Positions 59,288-64,000 of a stretch of DNA of 64,000 bases are shown one piece after another. The notes beneath the pieces were generated by a model. That model made no database searches. It worked only from the letters and a program-made list of their open reading frames with translations, and was not told the DNA's origin. Positions within the stretch are counted from its first letter, which is position 1. Every line of letters begins with the position of its first letter. Made by a program: the position numbers and the translations under genes. Where the stretch lies: assembly GCA_963839955.1 (NCBI GenBank), contig CAWIXB010000001.1, forward strand, positions 469,629-533,628. Reading direction: 5' to 3'. Origin of the DNA: an uncultured Actinomycetota bacterium. Lineage in GTDB: Bacteria; Actinomycetota; Actinomycetes; JACCUZ01.

Positions 59288-62200
59288 TCAGCGCCGTACG
59301 TCGAGCTCGAACCACACGCGCTTGCCGGCCTGCTGCGACTCGACGCCCCACCGGTCGGCGATGGCCTCGACCAGCACGAGGCCGCGTCCGCCCTCCGCGA
59401 GCTCGATCGCCGCCTGGGCACGCTCCTGGTCGGGGTCGCGCCGCGGCTGCGGAAGCGCGGCGCTGCCGTCGCCGACCGACACCTTGACCGCCGCCGGCCC
59501 GCTCATGATCTGGACGACGAGGCTCGACCTGGCATGCAGGAGGGCGTTGGTGACCAGCTCGCTGACAAGCAGCGCCGCCATGTCGGCGAGGCCGTCGAGC
59601 TCCCAGTCCTGCAGGGTGCTGGTGACGAAGCCGCGTGCCTCGGCCGCGGAGCGCGGCGAGCGCGACAGCTCACGCGAGGTCGTGCGGTGCGCGCCGCCCG
59701 GTGCGGACTCCGGTGCGGCGCACACAGCGAGCAGGGCGGTGTCGTCGTCGTGGGCGACGTCGCGGCCCATCGCGCGCAGCGCCCGGTCGCAGGCGTCGTC
59801 GGCGGAGGCCGGCGGCTCGGCCATCGCAGCAGCGAGCATCTCGAGTCCGCGTCCCACGTCCAGCTCGCGGTCCTCCACCAGACCGTCGGTGAACATCAGC
59901 AGGGTGCTGCCGGGCGGCATGCGTACCGACATCGAGGTGTAGCGGTGCACACCAGGGTCGCCGACTCCGAGCGGCAGCCCCGGGTCGAGGTCGAGCAACC
60001 GGCTCGTGCCCTCGGCCGTGGACAGCAGCGGTGGCAGATGTCCCGCCGTCGCGATGCGCAAGGTCGCGTCGGCCGGGTCGAACACGGCGTAGGCACAGGT
60101 CGTCAGCTGGGCCTCGTCGATGCTGCGGACGACGCTGTCGAGGCGGGTCAGCACATGCGCCGGGTCGAGACCTTCGAGTGCGTATCCGCGCAGCGAGGCT
60201 CGCAGCTGTCCCATCACGGCCGCGGCGTGCAGGCCACGCCCCATGACGTCACCGATCACCAGACCGGTCTTCGAACCGGGCAGCTCGATCACGTCGTACC
60301 AGTCGCCGCCGACCTGCGTTCCGGCGGCACCGGGCAGATAGCGCGCGGCAACCATCAGCCCGGTCACCGACGACGGCACCTGGGGCAGCAGGCTGCGCTG
60401 CAGCTCGACCGCGACAGCGCGCTCCCGTTCGTAGGCCTGCGCGGCCTCGAGCCGGACGGCGGCCATCTGCGCCAGCTGTACCAGCACCGACTCGTCCTCC
60501 GCGGTGAAGTCGCCCTCTTCGCGGTCGACGAGCTGGACCAGCCCGAGGTTCGAGCCGTCGCGCGCCACCATGGGCACGGCGAGCCAACCGGTGCGCGGGA
60601 GTCGGTCCGCATCGCTTCCGTCCGGGTCGCGCCACCCGGGATGCGCCTCGAGCGCCGTGCGGGTCAGCCGGAGGGGCCGGTTGGTGTGCTCGACCTCGGC
60701 GCGCAGCGCTTCACCCGCGACGCTCGCATCGATGTCGGCGAGCACGTGGTAGCCGTCGGACGCGGCGTGTCCGGACCGGGGCGGACCGGTCTGCGCGCCG
60801 GGTTCGGTGACCGAGCGCTCGTCCTCCTTGGCGAGACTCGTGACCGCGAGGTGCGCGGGGATCAAGGCCCGCGCCTGCTCGGTCAGTGTGGCCAGGATGT
60901 CGTCGACGCTCTGGGCGCTGGTGGTGAGCAGCGCGGCGCGTGCCAGGTCGTCGAGCCGTCGCGCGTGCCGGGTCGCCTCGTCGGCCGCCGATTCGCGCAA
61001 CTTGTTGAGCTGGAGGTTCGCGCGCACCCGTGCGAGCAGCTCGCGCGCGGAGAACGGCTTGACGAGGTAGTCGTCGGCCCCGCGAAGCAGTCCCTGCACG
61101 GCGGACTCCTCGCCCGCGCGGGCCGAGAGCATCACCACCGGAACGCGGGAGGTCCCCGGGAACGCCCGCAGCCGGCTCAGCAGCTCGAAGCCATCCATGC
61201 CGGGCAGGATCACGTCGGTCAGGACCAGGTCCGGCGCGTCGCGACGGGCCGCCTCCAGTGCGTCCTCGGCCGTGGCCATGACGGTGACGTCGTACGTCGG
61301 CTCGAGCAGGCGGCGCAGGTATCCCCGCATGTCGGCGTTGTCGTCGACGACGAGCACGCGGGTCCGGTCGGTCGAGGCGGCCGCAACGCTGTCCGGCACC
61401 GCCGCGCCCGGGCTGGGTGGTACGTCGAGCCAGGTCAGTGCATCGGGGAGCGTCGACGTGGTGGCCGTGGATGCGGCCCATGGACCGGTCTCCGGCATCG
61501 GCGAGCCGGCTGGCAGTGGCAGGCGCACGGTGAACGTGGTGCCGGCGCCCACGACCGTGTCGACGACGACGGTGCCGCCGTGCAGGTCGACGATCTCGCG
61601 CACCATCGCGAGGCCGATGCCGCTGCCGGCCCGGCTACGGGTGGTCGTCTCGCGCACCCGGTGGAAGCGTTCGAACAAGTGGGAGAGGTCACCCTCGGGA
61701 ATGCCTGCTCCTGTGTCACTGACCCGCAGCACGACGGTGCCCGCGTTGCCGGAGACCATTCTGTTGGTGCGCTCGTCACCGTCGTCGACCGAGAGCGACA
61801 CGGTGATGTCACCGGACAGAGTGAACTTGAAGGCGTTGGACAGGAGGTTGACGACGAGCCTCTCCCACATCTCGCGGTCGACGAGTGCTGGGCGCGGCAG
61901 CGGCGCGCAGTCGACGTGGAAGCCCATCCCGGCGCCCTCGACCGCGGAACGGAAGAGGCTCGCGACGTCGGCGGTCAGCGCGCTCACGTCGGTGGGCACG
62001 AACTGCGGGTCGGCGTTGCCGGTCTCGAGACTCGTGAAGTCGAGCAACGTGTTCACGAGGTGGAGCAGCCGATGGGCGTTTCGGGTGATCAGCTCGAGAC
62101 GTTCCCGGCGGCGCGGGTCCTCCTCCTCGCCGAGAGCCTCCATGGCTGGGCCGAGGAGCAGCGTCAGCGGGGTTCGGAGCTCGTGGCTCACGTCGGACAT

Positions 62201-63328
62201 GAACAGCGTCTTGGCCCGGTCGAGCTGGGCGAGCGACTCGGCCCGGGCCGACGCGGCGGCGAACGCGCGCGCGTCGGTCAGCGAGGTCCCGATGTGGCGC
62301 GCGAGCAGAGTCAGGAAGCTGCGGTAGTCGTCGTCCAGGCGCAGCCGAGGGCTGACGCCCGCGACGAGCACCCCTCCGGCTGCCGCCGTCCCCGCACCGA
62401 GGTCGACGTCCCGCACGGGGCCGCGGGTGTCCGTCGCCTGTCCGACGGGGAGCACCAGCGCCTCGGTGGTCACCTCCGGCCCGGTGCCGCTCGGCCATCC
62501 GCCCGTCGTGATGTCGAGTCCGCGGAGGTGGCGCACCTCGCGGTCATCGAGCGTGGTCCACAGCGCCTTGTCATCCGATCCCCTTGCCGGGTCCGGCAGG
62601 GGGATCGTCTCGCGTCGTGCCGGGTGCCCGGGGTCGAGCCCGGTGGCTGCCGTGAGGCGCAGCACGCCGCGTTCGTCGTCAGGCAGGTAGAGCAACGCGA
62701 ACGGCAGGTCGAAGACATCGGTGGCCATCACCTCGGCGACCGCCGTTGCGACCTCGTCGTCGTTGCGCGCGTGCGAGGTGCGCTCGCCGAGCTCGCGCAG
62801 CGTGCGCAGCCGGCGCTCACCGAGCACGTAGCCGGTCGTCTCGGTGACCGCGATGAAGACGCCGCCAACGACGCCCGCGTCATCGCGCACCGGACCGTAG
62901 GAGAACGTGAAGTAGCACTCCTCGGTGTAGCCGCGACGGTGCAGCAGCAGCAGCTGGTTCTCGCTCCAGGTGGCGGCTCCGCCGTCGATCACCTGCTGGA
63001 GCATCGGCCCGATGGTGTCCCACACCTCGGGCCAGATCTCGCGCGTCGGCCGGCCCAGCGCATCGGGGTGCTTGTCCCCGAGGATCGGCACGAACGCGTC
63101 GTTGTAGAAGGTGACGAAGTCGGGCCCCCAGCGCACGCACATGGGGAAGCGGGAGGCCATGCAGATGCTCAGGGCGTTGTGCAGGCTGCGCGGCCACGTC
63201 TCGGGAGGGCCGATCGGCGTGCGGCCCCAGTCGAGTTCGACGATCCGCGCTCCCGTCTCGCCGCCGGCAGCGAGGACGTCCGCGAGACCACCCCAGCTCT
63301 CGACCGGAGAAGGGCCGGGCCGGCTCAC
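59288..63328 (-). CDS. Hybrid signalling protein: PAS-like, GAF, His kinase, receiver, GAF, SpoIIE/PP2C phosphatase, RsbW-like domain
   Basis: H-box SHELRTPL, N-box NLLSNAFKFT, DTGAGI, GSGIGL; receiver VDDN...LTDV...KPF; PP2C GGDWYD, GDVMGRG, FTDGL, DDTALL; terminal SELVTNALLHA...GGRGL. Confidence 0.9.
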   Translation of the reverse strand: MSRPGPSPVESWGGLADVLAAGGETGARIVELDWGRTPIGPPETWPRSLHNALSICMASRFPMCVRWGPDFVTFYNDAFVPILGDKHPDALGRPTREIWPEVWDTIGPMLQQVIDGGAATWSENQLLLLHRRGYTEECYFTFSYGPVRDDAGVVGGVFIAVTETTGYVLGERRLRTLRELGERTSHARNDDEVATAVAEVMATDVFDLPFALLYLPDDERGVLRLTAATGLDPGHPARRETIPLPDPARGSDDKALWTTLDDREVRHLRGLDITTGGWPSGTGPEVTTEALVLPVGQATDTRGPVRDVDLGAGTAAAGGVLVAGVSPRLRLDDDYRSFLTLLARHIGTSLTDARAFAAASARAESLAQLDRAKTLFMSDVSHELRTPLTLLLGPAMEALGEEEDPRRRERLELITRNAHRLLHLVNTLLDFTSLETGNADPQFVPTDVSALTADVASLFRSAVEGAGMGFHVDCAPLPRPALVDREMWERLVVNLLSNAFKFTLSGDITVSLSVDDGDERTNRMVSGNAGTVVLRVSDTGAGIPEGDLSHLFERFHRVRETTTRSRAGSGIGLAMVREIVDLHGGTVVVDTVVGAGTTFTVRLPLPAGSPMPETGPWAASTATTSTLPDALTWLDVPPSPGAAVPDSVAAASTDRTRVLVVDDNADMRGYLRRLLEPTYDVTVMATAEDALEAARRDAPDLVLTDVILPGMDGFELLSRLRAFPGTSRVPVVMLSARAGEESAVQGLLRGADDYLVKPFSARELLARVRANLQLNKLRESAADEATRHARRLDDLARAALLTTSAQSVDDILATLTEQARALIPAHLAVTSLAKEDERSVTEPGAQTGPPRSGHAASDGYHVLADIDASVAGEALRAEVEHTNRPLRLTRTALEAHPGWRDPDGSDADRLPRTGWLAVPMVARDGSNLGLVQLVDREEGDFTAEDESVLVQLAQMAAVRLEAAQAYERERAVAVELQRSLLPQVPSSVTGLMVAARYLPGAAGTQVGGDWYDVIELPGSKTGLVIGDVMGRGLHAAAVMGQLRASLRGYALEGLDPAHVLTRLDSVVRSIDEAQLTTCAYAVFDPADATLRIATAGHLPPLLSTAEGTSRLLDLDPGLPLGVGDPGVHRYTSMSVRMPPGSTLLMFTDGLVEDRELDVGRGLEMLAAAMAEPPASADDACDRALRAMGRDVAHDDDTALLAVCAAPESAPGGAHRTTSRELSRSPRSAAEARGFVTSTLQDWELDGLADMAALLVSELVTNALLHARSSLVVQIMSGPAAVKVSVGDGSAALPQPRRDPDQERAQAAIELAEGGRGLVLVEAIADRWGVESQQAGKRVWFELDVRR

Positions 63329-63405
63329 CGGCCGCCTCGTGACGCTGCGAGTCGGGACACCTCGTCACGGTAACCGGCTGCGCCCCGTCGGTTGCCGACC
63401 ATGGG

Positions 63406-64000
63406 TCAACCGCCCTGTTCGCGGTACCAGCCGGCGAGCCTGCCGGAGCGGGACACGGCGCGGAGCCGGCGCTCCACCTGGACGCTGAGCGACTCGAGAG
63501 TCACGATGATGAGGTCGTCACCGGCGCGCAGCGGGGTCGACGGAGAAGGCACGAAGGCGCGGCCCTCGCGGACGATCAGCGTGACCGCGGCGCCGGTCGG
63601 CAGCCGGAGCTCGAACACCTCGACGCCGGCGAGGCGCGACTCGTCGTCGACGTGCACCTGGAGCAGGTCGGCATCGAGGCGCAACAACGGCGACGACTCG
63701 ATCTCGAGAGGCTGTGCGGCGCCGGCCTCGATCACGCCGAGCCGCTCGGCGACCCAGCCCAAGGTCGGCCCCTGGACGAGTGTATAGACGACGACGAGGA
63801 CGAAGACGATGTTGAAGATCTGCTCGCTGCCCGTCACGGTGGCGAAGACGATGGGCACCGCGCCGCGAAGCCCGGCCCACGACAGGAACGCCTGCTCCCG
63901 CAGCGGTGTGCGGAACGGCAGCGCAGAGGCGAGCACCGAGAGCGGGCGGGCGACCAGCAGGAGCACCAGGCCGACGCCGAGAGCGGGCAGCACGGCGCCG
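63406..64000 (-). CDS. K+/H+ antiporter (CPA1, NhaP2/CvrA-like) with C-terminal RCK_C domain (5' part outside window)
   Basis: ARPLSV, SWAGLRGAVPIVFA, FNIVFVLVV..TLVQG, LIVREG..FVP...T.L.AGD. Confidence 0.88.
   Translation of the reverse strand, partial: GAVLPALGVGLVLLLVARPLSVLASALPFRTPLREQAFLSWAGLRGAVPIVFATVTGSEQIFNIVFVLVVVYTLVQGPTLGWVAERLGVIEAGAAQPLEIESSPLLRLDADLLQVHVDDESRLAGVEVFELRLPTGAAVTLIVREGRAFVPSPSTPLRAGDDLIIVTLESLSVQVERRLRAVSRSGRLAGWYREQGG

Noticed and set aside
59534-63373. 1279-aa plus-strand ORF, and similar long ORFs such as 41190-43781, 17862-20570 and 11633-13810
   Set aside because: Antisense shadows of real high-GC genes, with no recognisable motifs.

Overview
High-GC actinobacterial chromosome segment with about 55 protein-coding genes. 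All assignments come from motif reading alone; no database search was run. A conserved backbone (XPB helicase and its WYL-type partner, Csp protein, DUF3027, DUF2530, MarR, serC, citrate synthase 2, pdxH, UdgX, IdeR, NlpC/P60, tRNA-Arg(CCT), mscL, SAF protein, MTA phosphorylase, FmdB-type Zn-ribbon) is interleaved with accessory modules: a hexuronate catabolic operon, three sulfotransferase-like genes plus a GT4 glycosyltransferase, a FadR-linked sugar/acid-sugar catabolic cluster with a secreted beta-helix enzyme, and partner-switching signalling genes. The most interesting signals are non-coding or too small for the ORF track. (1) A promoter-bearing structured RNA encoding a 12-aa peptide (about 36005-36190, minus strand) abuts a 9 x 27-bp hairpin tandem array that starts at the pdxH stop codon. 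(2) A c-di-AMP riboswitch and a 6C-like double C-loop RNA bracket the NlpC/P60 gene. (3) A dispersed ~80-bp palindromic element occurs in two copies with a compensatory base-pair swap. (4) There is a CIRCE box, a shared candidate FadR operator, and two small leaderless ORFs missing from the ORF track. Two genes carry single-base frameshifts that may be real or assembly errors.
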